DNA of 64,000 nucleotides from Okamejei kenojei (Eukaryota), in assembly GCA_035221665.1 (NCBI GenBank), contig CM069141.1, positions 29,264,001-29,328,000 of the forward strand. Direction: 5' to 3'. Below, piece after piece: positions 39,416-51,968 of this stretch (positions are counted from its first letter, which is position 1; the number at the start of each line of letters is the position of its first letter). Position numbers and translations under genes: made by a program. Below the pieces are notes generated by a model that was given only the letters and a program-made list of their open reading frames with translations, was not told where the DNA came from and searched no databases.

Positions 39416-40375
39416 TGTGTTTCCCATTGGTTGACAGACATTTCAGATATGGATTTAAGAGAGAGTTGGATAGAGCTCTCGGGGCTAGTGGAGTCAAGGG
39501 ATATGGGGAGAAGGCAGGCACGGGTTATTGATATTGGACGATCAGCCATGAACACAATGAATGGCGGTGCTGGCTTGAAAGACCGAATGGCTTCTTCCTG
39601 CACCTATTTCCTATGTTTCTATGTTTCTATATGAGGCTGTTCCACTAGTTTCTAACTTATCTGTTTCATGAATGTATTACTGAAGATCAGTCATGTGTGA
39701 TTGCAGAGAATAAATTATAGCATGGTTTGGTTAGCTATCTCTTTTAAAAACATGCCTCAATTTCAAGGAAGTGGCATAATCACTGATGCACTCCATCAGA
39801 TTTGGTTATGGACAGTCTTTGGTAAGTCTATTATTCAGTGCGGGCTGCATTTTCAGGTAAGTATCTAATGGAAATATAACAAAAGAATGAGGTCTTTGAC
39901 TTTATAACGTACCAATAAGTTTGGAACTTGAAAATATCAAGAATGTTGCTAATTTCTTCTGCATAATGGAGGAATTTCAGAAGGAGAGCTTAGATTGAGG
40001 GAGAATTTGAATACTGTTTAGCCAAGTAATTATGAGATTATTGGAACATTCAGGATGCCTGTTACCTTCAGTGTTTCCTTAGCTGAGACTGGGGAGTTCA
40101 GTCAGTCTGCATCTTAGCAGAGAGTTGGGAAAAATAGAAATTAGCAAAAACGCCTCAGAATCTCAGTTCTGTCCCACACATTTATTATTGACGAAACATT
40201 GGATCCCATGTTCACATGGGAGGGCTGGTCCCCCAATGCAATATTCCACCTCTCCACCAATTCCAATATTGGTGACCAGTGGGCGGGGGGTTTCTGGAGT
40301 GCTAGTATGGGTGTTGTGGGCCGAAGAGACTGGTTTCCAGAGGGCTAGTATGGACATTGTGGGCTGAATGGATCC

Positions 40376-40570
40376 TTGGGCTGGCAGCTCAGTCACTCAG
40401 GCGTGGTGGGCTGGCAGCTCAGTCACTCAGGCCTGGTGGGCTGGCAGCTCAGTCACTCAGGCCTGGTGGGCTGGCAGCTCAGTCTCTCAGGCCTGGTGGG
40501 CTGGCAGCTCAGTCATTCAGGTCTGATTGGCTGGTAGCTCAATCACTCAGGCCTGGTGGGCTGGCAGCTC
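40376..40570. repeat. 30-bp minisatellite, ~6.5 copies
   Basis: Unit ctggcagctcagtcactcaggcctggtggg. Confidence 0.95.
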
Positions 40571-40739
40571 ATCAGGCCCGAAATCTCACATTTTCTGGCA
40601 CTTTTTCTGGACTTTTCCTGGCCTGGCACAGGCCTTTTGGGCCAAAATGCCCCTCCTGGGCTAAGACGGTCATTTTGGGCAAAAGGGACAGGTTTCTCGG
40701 CTAATGGGGGCCTTGTGGGCCGAAATTAGTGGTATCAGG

Positions 40740-41262
40740 CAGGCCAAACAACTCATTTAATTTCATTTCCATTTCAATTTCCATTTCCATTTCCATTTCC
40801 ATTTCAAGTTCAAGCACAGGGCAGGCCAAACATCTAATTTCATTTCAATTTCCATTTCAATTTCCATTGCCGTTTCAAGCACAGGGCAGACCAATCAACT
40901 CATTTCATTTCCATTTCATTTCCATTCCAATTGCAGTTTCAAGCACAGGGCAGGCCAAACAGCTCATTGCATTTCCATTTCATTTCCATTTCCATTGCAG
41001 TTTCAAGCAGAGGGCGGCCAAACAGCTCATTGCATTTCCATTTCATTTCCATTTCATTTCCATTTCATTTCCATTTCAATTTCAGTTTCAAGCACAGGGC
41101 AGGCCAAACAGCTCATTGCATTTTCATTTAATTTCCATTTCCATTGCAGTTTCAAGCACAGGGCAGGCCAAACAGCTGATTGCATTTTCATTTCATTTCC
41201 ATTTCCATTTCCATTGCAGTTTCAAGCACAGTGCAGGCCAAACACCTAATTGCATTTCATTT
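40740..41262. repeat. Composite tandem repeat, ~8 units of 60-85 bp
   Basis: Constant block gcagtttcaagcacagggcaggccaaacagctcattgca alternating with variable (TTTCCA/TTTCA/TTTCAA)n runs. Confidence 0.92.
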
Positions 41263-41274
41263 AATCATCTACTC

Positions 41275-41750
41275 CTCAGTGTGCAAAATCTACCACTTTG
41301 ATCTTGTTTAAACCCCCTCCCTCTTACCTTAAACCTGTGCCTTCCAGTTTTAGACCATGACAAACAGACTCTGTCTATCTGCACTATGTGCCTCTGAGAA
41401 CTTTATATACCTCTATCATGTCACCTCGCAGCATCCTTTGCTCCAGGGAAACTAGTCGCAACCTGTTTAATCTCTCCAATAACTGAAGTCCTCCAATGTA
41501 TGCAACATTCTGTGAATCGTTTCTGCACCCTCGCTTGCTTAATTACATCTTTCCGATGGTCTTGTAACCAGAACTTCACACAACAGTCCTCGTGAACCTT
41601 AACCAATGCTTTGCACAACTGTAACATATTGTCCCGACTCTTGTATCCAATGCTTTGGCTGATGAAGGCATGCGTGTCATATGCCTTTTTCACCACCCTG
41701 TCTACTTGTGTTGGCACTTTCAGATAACTATATACTTATACCTTAAGATA
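41275..41750 (-). mobile_element. Old CR1 3' fragment
   Basis: VDRVVKKAY…MLQLCKALVK…RVQKRFT. Confidence 0.75.
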
Positions 41751-42634
41751 GTAACTCTGCCGCTGCATGACTGCGCTGCCCCATGTAGATGATGACCACT
41801 GGCCTGTCTCTATCAATCCTCAGCCACCTGTACAAAAAAAACTCAAAGAGATCAAAAGATTGTTTCATTTTCCTCTGCTATGTAAGATGCTCACTGCACC
41901 CATTTATAAAATAATACTTAGCTCACCACATGATCAGAAGTAGGGCTCACTCATCTTTGCAACTGTTCGCTAAGACGTCTCAGAAAAAAATAAGGAAACA
42001 AATCTTCTGGAAGGGAAATTGAATAAAGTATAATTTCTGAGGGAAGAACAAAGGTTTTTTTGTCATTCTACCATGCTGGCAGCTGTAAAATGGATGACAA
42101 AGGTGGAAAATTGAACTGGAACATTTAAAGCATTTTTTCAATGTTGAAAGTTGTGTCATAATAACATGGTACTGATAATAGGACAGTAGTATTGTTGATC
42201 AACTCCTAAATGGAGCAGGTATAAACAACATTGAGGAAAAGCAACACTAATATTATACCAACAAAAGAAAGATAGGCAATTGTTTGTGGCATTTTGGAAT
42301 GACAAATCTACTTCAACCATTTTGGCATCAGTAAATTTTTGAGCAAAGTTGCCACCCCAGTAACATTTCTGACCCCACAGTGAGCAACCAAGCATAGACA
42401 CTAATTCAGTCATGAATGAACAAAGCACTAAGATTAAGATGACCATATAAAATGTCCTAAGGTCAATGAGAAATCAAATCCCTGTGAACAATACCAAGAA
42501 GTATATGAAGATGTACACCAAGAAAAAATTGCAACATGTTCTTTTAGTTTGACATTATATGAGTGACACCTATGGCTCATTAGTGGGAAGGCAGTTTAGA
42601 AACCTCTGCTTGGTCATCAAAATCCTCAAACTAT

Positions 42635-43200
42635 CATAGTCATAGTCATAGGCAGTAATAGAGCTATACAGAGCAGATGCCGGCTCTACGGCACAAAATC
42701 GCCCATGCCAAAAAAATTGCTTAACTGAGCTAGTCCCACTTGCCTGTACCTAACCTTCCAAACCTTCCCATTCATGTACCTGTTCAAGTGTTATTTTAAA
42801 TGTTGTAAATGTACCCACCTCTATCACTTCCTCTGGCAGCTTGTTCCATAGCATTCTTTGTGTGAAAAAAATGCCTCTCAGATCAAGGTCTCTTTTAAAT
42901 GTTCCATCTCTCACCGTATACCTTTGCCCTCGATTTAAACTCCCCCACCCTGTGGAAAAGACTGGCTATTCATCTTATTTATGTTTCTCATGACTTTATA
43001 ACCTCTATGTTATCCCTAGGCCTCATATTCCAAGGGTAAAAGTCCAAACCCATCCAGCCTTTCATTATGATTCAAACCTTCCAGTTTCAGTAACATCCTT
43101 GTAAATGTTTTACATCCTTTTCAGTTCAATGATATCCCTCCTCAAGCTAGATGACTAGAACAGTACACTGTAGTCCAAACACGGTTTTGCCTATGTCTGG
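42635..43200 (-). mobile_element. Old CR1 3' fragment
   Basis: (ctatga)n tail and degenerate CR1 ORF2 end. Confidence 0.65.
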
Positions 43201-43399
43201 TGCAGTTTGTCCCTGTGATTGATACTGCATTCAATTCCCTCTCCCTCCAAAGGAATGAAATAAGTCTTTCTAGTAAGCATTATATTAGGACATTCTTAGA
43301 TAGTAACATTTTGCAAGTTCAAAAATCTGGAATAGGACCATGCTGCAAAGAAGTTCCTTGCCCATTGAGACGCCTCAATGATTAAACCAGTCTCAGCTC

Positions 43400-43637
43400 A
43401 CTAACTACTGAACTACTGTACTACTATCTACCTGTTTGGTGACCCTCGGACTATCCTTGATTAGACTTTGCTGGCTTTTACCTTACACTAAACAGTATTC
43501 ACTTATCGTGTGTCTATGCACTGTAAATGGATTGATTGTAATTATGCATTGTCTTTCTGCTGACTGGTTAGCATGCAACAAAAGTTTTTCACTGTACCTC
43601 GTATACACATGACAATAAACTACACTGAACTGAACTA
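43400..43637 (+). mobile_element. LINE 3' UTR fragment (Rex1/L2-like; clade tentative)
   Basis: Ends ttttcactgtacctcgtatacacatgacaataaa(ctgaa)n; the same tail occurs at 28390-28420, 45153-45280 (-) and 52480-53097. Confidence 0.6.
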
Positions 43638-44317
43638 AGGGACCTGACCCTGTTCCCCTGCTTCTTCATGAACTGCACAACGATGAGAAACCTCTGAAAC
43701 AGAAAATAAATGAGCCCTGATAATTACTGTGCCTGCGTTTCTCTTTGTTCAGTCATTGAAATGACATGCAGCAGTAAAATGTATCAGAGATATTTAAAAT
43801 TTGGTCATTGTGCAGCTGTGGCTTACGATTAGATACCAGCTGTGGCTCTTCGATGGCAATTTCATCTCTGACATAGAATACTAGGGTTTCAAACTTGGAT
43901 TCTTACACTGGAGCTCAGGTGATATTCCATTGTAGTACAGAAAGAATGGGGCCTATCAATATGTCATCATTTAGATCTGTTGACTCAGTTCCATAATACC
44001 CTTACTCATAGTCATACAGCATGGAAACAGGCACTTTGGCACAACTTTTCCATTCTGCATCTCAGCTCGCCATTTGCCCACATTTACCATTTTCATCTGA
44101 ACCTTTCCAATCCATAGGGCTACATGAAAATCCATGGCATTATTGAAAGAAAATCAGAAGTGTTCTATTTGGAACACTCTGTTCCAGTGAAATCCAATGG
44201 TCCCACTTACATGATGAAATTCATTTCATTTATTCGGCCATACTCTTCAGGGAAACATGGGAATATAAAAGGCAATACAAACTGTATGTTTAGTTGAGTA
44301 TAGTTGAGTTTAGATTA

Positions 44318-45149
44318 TGGGCCTGTCCCACAGTCGACTTTTTAGCCGACTGCAGGAGACTATGCAGTCGCCACATGGTCGCCACATATCGCGGGTGGTT
44401 GCCAGGGAATCGCCTTCATGGTCGTGAGGAGTTCCCACATTCTGGGAACTCGTCGCGGCCTCATTATGGTCACCGTTAATTTTTCAACATGTTGAAAAAT
44501 TAGCGGCGACTAGAATGAAGCCGCCATGGAGAGTAGCGAGAATTCTCAAACCGTAGGTGGGTTGGCAGGAGGTCCTAATAGGTTGCCAGGAGGTTGAAGA
44601 TTCTCGTAGGTTCTCATAGGTTGTAGCCGGTGCTGACCGGTGAATTTCATTGGCTCACTGGGAAAAAAAGGTAAGTTTTCAGAACCAAGGATAACCGACC
44701 GGTAATGTTAAATGTGTGCCGAACTTCACAGCCGTGTATCTCTGGCGTTGTCTTCAATCCTTTCCCCCCCCCTTTTTTAAAGGACTTACCGTACACTGTG
44801 CTTTAGCCATCTTTTTACAGCGCCAAACTTCGTGTTCATCGCAGTGTGTGCCTGTATCACCTTGTTTGCACCGTGTGAATTTTTTAGACAGGGCAATGNN
44901 NNNNNNNNNNNNNNNNNNNNNNNNNNNNNNNNNNNNNNNNNNNNNNNNNNNNNNNNNNNNNNNNNNNNNNNNNNNNNNNNNNNNNNNNNNNNNNNNNNNN
45001 NNNNNNNNNNNNNNNNNNNNNNNNNNNNNNNNNNNNNNNNNNNNNNNNNNNNNNNNNNNNNNNNNNNNNNNNNNNNNNNNNNNNNNNNNNNNNNNNNNNN
45101 NNNNNNNNNNNNNNNNNNNNNGAACAATCGCCTAAGTGGGACAGGCCCA
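44318..45149. mobile_element. PIF/Harbinger-type MITE spanning an assembly gap
   Basis: TIR TGGGCCTGTCCCAC…GTGGGACAGGCCCA; TTA TSD (44315-17 / 45150-52). Confidence 0.85.
44899..45121. other. Assembly gap (N run)
   Basis: 223 consecutive n. Confidence 1.
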
Positions 45150-45532
45150 TTAGTTTAGTTTAGTTTATTGTTACCTGTACCGAGGTACAGCGAAAAGCTC
45201 TTTGTCGCATGCTACCCCATCAGCGGAAAAACTGCGCGTTTACAATCAAACTGCCCACAGTGAACAGATACAGGATAAAGGGCTGCTGTTGGAGTAGAGG
45301 TGTAAGAGTGGAGTAACTCTACTGAATGATCACAGATCCACTCTGGGACCAGCACCCAGATTATGTTCTTGCATTGCAACAATGACTGTACTTCATATTG
45401 TATGTGAAGTAATCTTGCAAAGTTTTGAGTTTGTAAATCAATATTACTTATATCATTATTATGTATTCTTTCTGTTAATTAACCATTTAGCAATTCTTTT
45501 ACAGCTGCTTGACTTACTTTGGAGAAATGAAA

Positions 45533-46105
45533 ATGGCTTCTACTTCAGCTGTTGGTAATTTAAAAGAAGAATTAAATTGTTCAATTTGCTGGAATATATA
45601 CACCGAACCAGTTTCACTATCCTGTGGGCACAACTTTTGTCGTAGTTGTATTGAAAAGAACTGGGACAAAAAAGATACTGGGCCAGGGTATTCCTGCCCA
45701 GAGTGTCGTGCAGAGTATGCTCAGAAACCTATACTACACAAAAATTTGAAACTAAGTAACATAATAGAACGTTTTGAAGCCACCCAGATGAACGAAGAAC
45801 CACCTAAAATCTTCTGTGATTTCTGTTTGGATAGTCCTCTCCCTGCAGTGAAGACATGTATGAACTGTGAAGCCTCTTTATGTGAACATCACTTGAGGAA
45901 GCACTCTGAGAAAGCTGCTCAGAAAAACCACCTACTGATTGAGCCTGCAAGTTCACTGGAAGACAGAAAATGTTCTGATCATGAGAAACTAATTGAATAT
46001 TACTGCCTAGATGACCATTCCTGTATCTGTGTGACCTGCTATGTTGCTGGACCACATAAGAACCATGACATACGCATTTTAAAAGACATACACAATGAAA
46101 CAAAG
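45533..46105 (+). CDS. TRIM25/finTRIM-like E3 ligase, coding exon 1 (RING, B-box1, B-box2)
   Basis: LKEELNCSIC…LSCGHNFCRSC…YSCPECR; CDFC…AVKTCMNCEASLCEHH; CSDH…YC…CICVTC…HKNH. Acceptor ttttacag at 45504, ATG in AAAATGG context (alternative ATG 45527), donor AAG|GTGAGC, phase 0. Confidence 0.95.
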
Positions 46106-46232
46106 GTGAGCGATTTTGTACTCAAGTGGTAAAATTACGGATATGCCATATTGATTACAAGATATTTCGTTGCACACATTTTAATGTTTAGCAATACATT
46201 TTACCTTAACTGGTGCAGTGATCTTTTAATAG

Positions 46233-46328
46233 GCCAGCCTTTCCGAGAAACTGGAGAATCTACAGAGCTGCAGACTAACCTTAGAGGAAGCTACAAAAGA
46301 ATTGCAAGGAACTGAAGTGAACTTAAAG
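46233..46328 (+). CDS. TRIM coding exon 2 (96 bp, coiled-coil)
   Basis: tag|…AAG|gtaaat; ASLSEKLENLQSCRLTLEEATKELQGTEVNLK; canonical TRIM exon size. Confidence 0.92.
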
Positions 46329-48404
46329 GTAAATCTGTGGTGATATGCTACTTTTTAATGTATTGTCTGATTGGTGATACATTTCTTATATTGTGAAGTG
46401 ATAAGCAAGTACACCAACATTGGTAACTATTGAAATAAAGTAACCCAATCCACTTACTGCGGAAGTATATATGAGAAACCTCTTGATAATTCATAGAGTA
46501 CCAGAAAAAGCCCAGAAATAACATACACAAGCAAAACAAGAAAAATACAAAGATAAAATATTGGATTATATTTGTTGCTTCTTTATATACTGTGAATGAA
46601 AAACAACCATTTACAAAACTGTCAGTGTCCCAGCTCAATAATATAATCTCTCTCCACACCAACATGTTTCTTGATGGAGCTTATTTCATCCCACACCCTG
46701 TCCCTTGTCCCTGAATGTACAATGTCCCTGTTTGTTCCCAGTCTTTACTTAACCCATTGTCTCTTGCCCCAGTTCCCTTGTGTTTTATATTTGCCTCACC
46801 GAGCTATTACCCCACCCATCTCCAACATTTGACCACACCAGTTTCCTGAACTGATTTCCTTCCCGCATGGAGCTGAGCCATCTTAGTGGTTTGCACCACA
46901 CCTCAGGTGAAGGTGCTCTCACAATGTATCTGGTGAAGGAGTTCCAAAGTTTAGACTTACCATTGATAATGGAATATATTTTAAGTGTGAGACATGGAGG
47001 GGTATAAACAAGATTGGATTTATTCTGCTTTTTGTGAATATGATATGCCTGGGGAGTGTTCGATATTTTTTGGAAAAATGCTGTCAATATAAATGTACTG
47101 AAATATCTTGGCTACGGAAGCGACCAGTTCCAGAATCTAAGTGATCAGTACCTTAGTCAGGATATTATCTAGTCGTTATCCTTTGCTGCATCCAATGTTC
47201 CCAGCATTTACTTGATTCTGTGTGGTCAAAAAGTGGGTCTATGATGGTGGCATCTCAGACGGAGGCCAGGATGGATCATCCACTCAATACATCGTGCTCA
47301 ACATGGTTATGAATATTTCAGACTAGTTTGTAGCACTTACTCACACAATGAGCCCAACCATTATTGAGGATGCAGAGGTCTAGGAATGTCTGCCTCCCAC
47401 TATCCAATTATCTATCAATATTTATGATTAAAGGTTGCAAGAATGCAGAGCTTAATACGATAAGCTCGTTGTGGGTTCATTTAGCTTTGTCTATTGCAAA
47501 CTGCTTTTGTTGTATTGTGCACTTAGTCTTGCACTATATTTCAACAGGAGCCACCTCTTTTTAAAGAATACCTGGTGGTGTTCCCAGCATGACCTTCTAC
47601 ATTCCTCACTGAATCAGGGTTAATCTCCTGGCTTGATATTAATGACAGTGAGGGGTATGCTGGGCAATGAGGTGACAGATTGTAGTGGTGTACATTTCTA
47701 CAGGTGATGATGCTCTACAGTCCCCACGGATACCCTGGTCAATGTAGTCATGTCTGTTTTGAGTCCACCTAACTAAACACAGAAACATAGACATGGAAGA
47801 CACCGATAAGGACAGACAGTCCTTAGAATTGAATTAATAAATTGGAAAGAAGCTGAGAAATAGGTACAATGACAACATTATTGAGAAAACAAATTCTGGT
47901 GGTTTCTCAATCAATGGAAATCTTTAAAAATGCCACAAATAATTGTTCATACTGTTTCCTATTGGAGATATGGCCAGAGGTCTAAAGAAACCTGCAGAAC
48001 CTCATGTCTGACCAGTTTTACTTCATTTATAAAAAATGCCATGGAAAATCAATGCAATCTATTCATATATTTTTCATTCATGATATGCTTTTGTCATCAA
48101 CTATTAATTTTTTACTCCCCTTTTTTGACCAATGAATACATTTATAGTAACAAGTAACAACATGAGGAAAGATATAACAGTGATTAATAGTGTACATTTA
48201 TTATTGGAAGGGAAATATTGAAATTTTCATCCTAATATATTCTTCCTCAAATCATCCTGATGAATCATTTTCAAAAGGAATTTCTGCAGCCGCAGAAAAT
48301 CAATTAAAATGCAACTTTATTTCATTTCTTTATCACCCATCATCCTATTTCTTGATGCCAGCAAAAATCCAGAGAAACAAATCAAGAGAAGGAAATCATT
48401 GTTT

Positions 48405-48980
48405 CTTTTTTTTAAATTAATAGTTTTTATTGGAGGGGAAAAAAAAAATCACAGTACATCTGATGTATAGCATTACATTTTCCTCCATTTTGTTTTTTAT
48501 AAATAATAATAATAATATAAACAAAATAATCCTAACCCACCCTCCCTAAACGTCCCTTGGCAGCTTATTTTTTCACAATCCAAATATATCACAAAATCAA
48601 ATGCACTTTTTAACAATAATAAAGTAACAAAAGGCAGATCCCCACTTAATGTCAAGTGCCCTCAGTCAACAGGTAGTTCCTTTAGACCCTCAAAGTATGA
48701 TAAAAAAAGGGTTCCCATTTCAAATAAAACTTTTTCACAGACCCCCTCAATGTGAATTTAATCTTTTCTAACCTTAAAAAAAAACATGACGTCTTCCAGC
48801 CAAGCAGCGGCAGATGGAGGAGTATTAGATTTCCAGACCAGCAAGATTCTCCTACGGGCCAAAAGTGATGTAAATGTAATGATATCAGACTGGGTTGTAT
48901 TTAAATCCAAGGTTTTATCTGCTACACCAAATACAGCTACAAGCGGACAAGGTCTCACTGTCATCCCAAGGACTTCTGAA
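48405..48980 (-). mobile_element. L1 3' fragment (different family from 5223-12270)
   Basis: SLLARRRILLVWKSNTPPSAAAWLEDVMFF (ORF2 C-terminus), 3' UTR, AATAAA and poly-A on the - strand. Confidence 0.85.
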
Positions 48981-48981
48981 T

Positions 48982-49170
48982 GTGTAGGAAGGAACTGCAG
49001 ATGCTGGTTTGAACCGAAGATAGACACAAAATGCTGGAGTAACTCTGTGGGACAGGCAGCAACTCTGGAGAAAAGGATGAACTCCGAAGAAAAGGACCCA
49101 AAACATCACCTATTCGTTTTCTCCAGAGTTGCAGCCTGACCTGGGGGAGTTACTTAATATTTTCTGAACA
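48982..49170. mobile_element. MER6/Penelope palindromic element, decayed
   Basis: Inverted arms as at 1751-1917. Confidence 0.7.
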
Positions 49171-49807
49171 TTCCTTGTAGAGTAAGATGAACAAAAGGAG
49201 CTGGTGAAGGGGAATAATAATAAAACAAGAAGACAGAAAGCACTGAGTACCATTTGTTCAGGTGGAAATACTGGCTTAATCACCGAAAGGAAAACACAAG
49301 GGACGGAAAGGCCTCTGCTATGTATCACGGTTGTTGAAAATCTTCTGAAATGTAATCAATATCATAATTTTGGGAAATATAGTTGAAAATTTGCACACAA
49401 CCAGCAATGTGATAATGACAAGATTACCGGCTTAGGTTACATCAGTTGAGTTATAGATATTGGCTAGCATATTAATGAAAACTCTAAAATGTTCTTTTAA
49501 TTGGAAATGGAGCAGTTACATACATATGTGTGAATAGAGAGGGCTATGATCCTGCTGAAAGGTTATATATACATTAAATAATTCACATTAATTAAATTGA
49601 AATGTTGAGTTTCTTTTTAGTGCACTGCCGACTGGGCCCCAACTATATTTATAAAATCCAGTGCAGTTACTCATCTAGGCTACTTCAACTGTACCTCTTG
49701 AACCTATAACTTCCAGCATCCAGAAGATCAGGCGAAGCAAATTAATAGGGAACATCACTACCTAGATGGTCCCTTCCAACCATCCTGGCTTGGAAATAAA
49801 TCCCCCA

Positions 49808-50450
49808 AGAAGTGCTGGAGTAACTCAGTGGGTCAACCAGAATCTGTGCAAGGAAACTAAAAAATCAAATGTTGTGTCAGGACCAATTTTCAGACTGGAG
49901 TAACGGAGAAAAGGCTGGTAAAGAGAGTTGGGATGGAATAAAGCCTGTCAAGTGATAGGTGGATACCGCTGAGGGAGTTGATTGTCAGATTTGGGGGAGT
50001 AACTGACAGAGGTGAAAAGGAGACACAAGGGGATCAGATAAGGAAAAAAGAGGAAGGGTGAAATATAAATCCAGAGGAATGATTCGGGAAAAGTAAAAAA
50101 GGGGGGGTGGGGAGAAGAAGAGGGGGATAAAAGGTAAATATTGATTCAGGGGTGGGAGCTTACAAAGAAGGGGAAAGCAGAAGGATGACTGGGATAGTGA
50201 GATATAATGGAAGAAATGAGTGCACACCAGGTTGCTGGGGATAGGGGAGGTGCAAGAGAACGATAGGAGGGGCAGCGATGGTATGAGGTGTTGGTCTTCC
50301 AGTTTGCATGTGGCCTCACTTTGGCAATGGAGTAGCCCAAGCACCAAAAGGTCATTTTGGGAATTGAAAGGAGGGTGAAAATGATTAGCTACTGGAAATT
50401 CCAGTGGGGCTTGGTGGACAGAGAGCCCATGTTGAGTGAAATGGTATTTG
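49808..50450 (-). mobile_element. Penelope-like element fragment
   Basis: VLGLLHCQSEATCKLEDQHLI followed by a pyrimidine-rich pLTR and MER6-like end. Confidence 0.75.
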
Positions 50451-50755
50451 GTAATGGTAAATGGAAATTATATTTTTTATATCTCAAGGGTGAGAATATA
50501 AGGTACTAGAAGGTACTAGAAGTTATGGTTTTAGCAGTACAAAGCTATACAAAGCTTGAGTTTGAACACAACCATAGCACTGTGATCACTACTGGGCACT
50601 ACAGCTTTGGAAACATATATAAAGCTTGAATAATTACAGATGGTACGGGTCTCCAAATGTTAAGCAATGAAGATGTATTACACAAATTGAGGTTGGATTC
50701 CTTAGAATTTAACAAGTTAAGGTTTTCTCTCATTGAAGCTTTAAAGATATTCACT

Positions 50756-50893
50756 TCTTCTTCTTCTTGCGTATGGCGTGCACAGCCTAAAGTTGTAAAC
50801 TTGTTCTATTTTATCTTATTTGATTGTGCACGCCAGGTTGATTGCATTCATCAAAATAGGGCAGACCACGTGAAGGTTGCAATCTTTCACCCC
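50756..50893 (-). mobile_element. 138-bp non-autonomous non-LTR retroposon with (GAA)n tail
   Basis: 13-bp TSD AAAG(A/G)TATTCACT (50743-55 / 50894-906); 3' stem GGCGTGCACA…TGTGCACGCC; inserted in an old CR1 (~50480-51100). Confidence 0.85.
50840..50893 (-). ncRNA. HDV-like (delta-like) ribozyme fold, probably inactivated in this copy
   Basis: P1 GGGGTGA/CTGCCCT with G1-U wobble, P2 GATTGCA/TGCAATC, P3 ACC/GGT, L3 TTCACGT, J4/2 (C>T)GAA. Confidence 0.7.
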
Positions 50894-51108
50894 AAAGGTA
50901 TTCACTGATACTGAGGGAAAGAGATCAAAACAATTTCTACTCAATGAGGAGACTAGCATTAGGGGAGAGAGCCCAGAATTGAGACAGGCCTTTCAGTAGT
51001 GAAATATCTAACACTTTAAAATGTTAGCCACATAAAGTGATTGATGCTAATTCAATTATAAATGTCAAATCTGCACAAATCTGAGAGAAATGTTGTATTA
51101 AAGGATAT

Positions 51109-51962
51109 TTTTAGTTTTCAGATACAGCATGGAAACAGGCTCTTCAGCCCACCGAGTGCGCTCTGACCAGCGATCACCTAACACTATCCTACACACCAGG
51201 GACAATTTACAACTTTACCAAGCCAATTAGCCTACAAACCTGTATGTCTTTGGAGTGAGGGAGGAAACCAGAGCCCCATAGAAAACCCACACAGGTCACG
51301 GGGAGAACATACAAATTCCATACAAACAGCACCCATAGCCAGGATCGAACCTGGGTCTCTGGCGCTGTAAAGGGCCTGTCCTACCAGCATCCGACTCCAT
51401 GTGGTGAGCGCGACCAAACTGGCAGCGGGGGCCGCGCGGAGGTCGGGTGATCCCTGTACAGGGCCATTCCCAACAGCATGCGCCTGCATGCGAAGAGCGC
51501 GACCAAACCGGCAGCGGGGGCGGCGCGGAGGATGGGTGAGTGGCGCAACGCGGCGGGAAGTGAGGCGAACTTGGAGCGAAGTCTGAAAGGAAAGTTCGCC
51601 AGGACAGAGAGGGACACACAGAGAGGGGCACAGAGGCACACACAGAGAGGGCCATGGAGCCACACACAGAGAGGGTCACGGAGGCACCTACAGAGAAGGT
51701 CAGAAAGGAGGCACGACGTCGAGGCGGTGTGTAATGCTTCGAGGCGACTGCAAGCGTGGAATTTTTGAACATGGTCAGTTTTTCGAAGCCCCACGCGATG
51801 TCGGGACGAATTCCGCACAATTCCGCACGGCTCCGGCGATCGAAGTGGGACCGGCCCCGCGACGCTGGACGGCTCAAGCGACCACGTTAGGACGCGCTCA
51901 TTGCATGGAGTTGCATGCGGGTGGAACAGGCCCTTAAGGCAGCAACTTTACCACTACACCAC
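51109..51962 (-). mobile_element. HE1-like V-SINE split by a Harbinger MITE
   Basis: SINE sequence ctggcgctgTAA|ggcagcaac resumes after the insertion. Confidence 0.85.
51371..51934. mobile_element. PIF/Harbinger-type MITE, GC-rich
   Basis: TIR AGGGCCTGTCC…GAACAGGCCCT with subterminal match (gcatccgactccatg / catggagttgcatgc); TAA TSD (51368-70 / 51935-37). Confidence 0.9.
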
Positions 51963-51968
51963 AATGCA

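Noticed and set aside
40357-41301. CRISPR-like array or repetitive protein ORFs
   Set aside because: Eukaryotic context, 'spacers' are simple TTTCCA runs rather than unique sequence, no cas genes; the ORFs are translations of tandem repeats.
44716-45158. ORFs containing X runs
   Set aside because: They only span the N gap.
51232-51937. 143-193 aa ORFs
   Set aside because: They run across a GC-rich MITE and a SINE; no transposase motifs.
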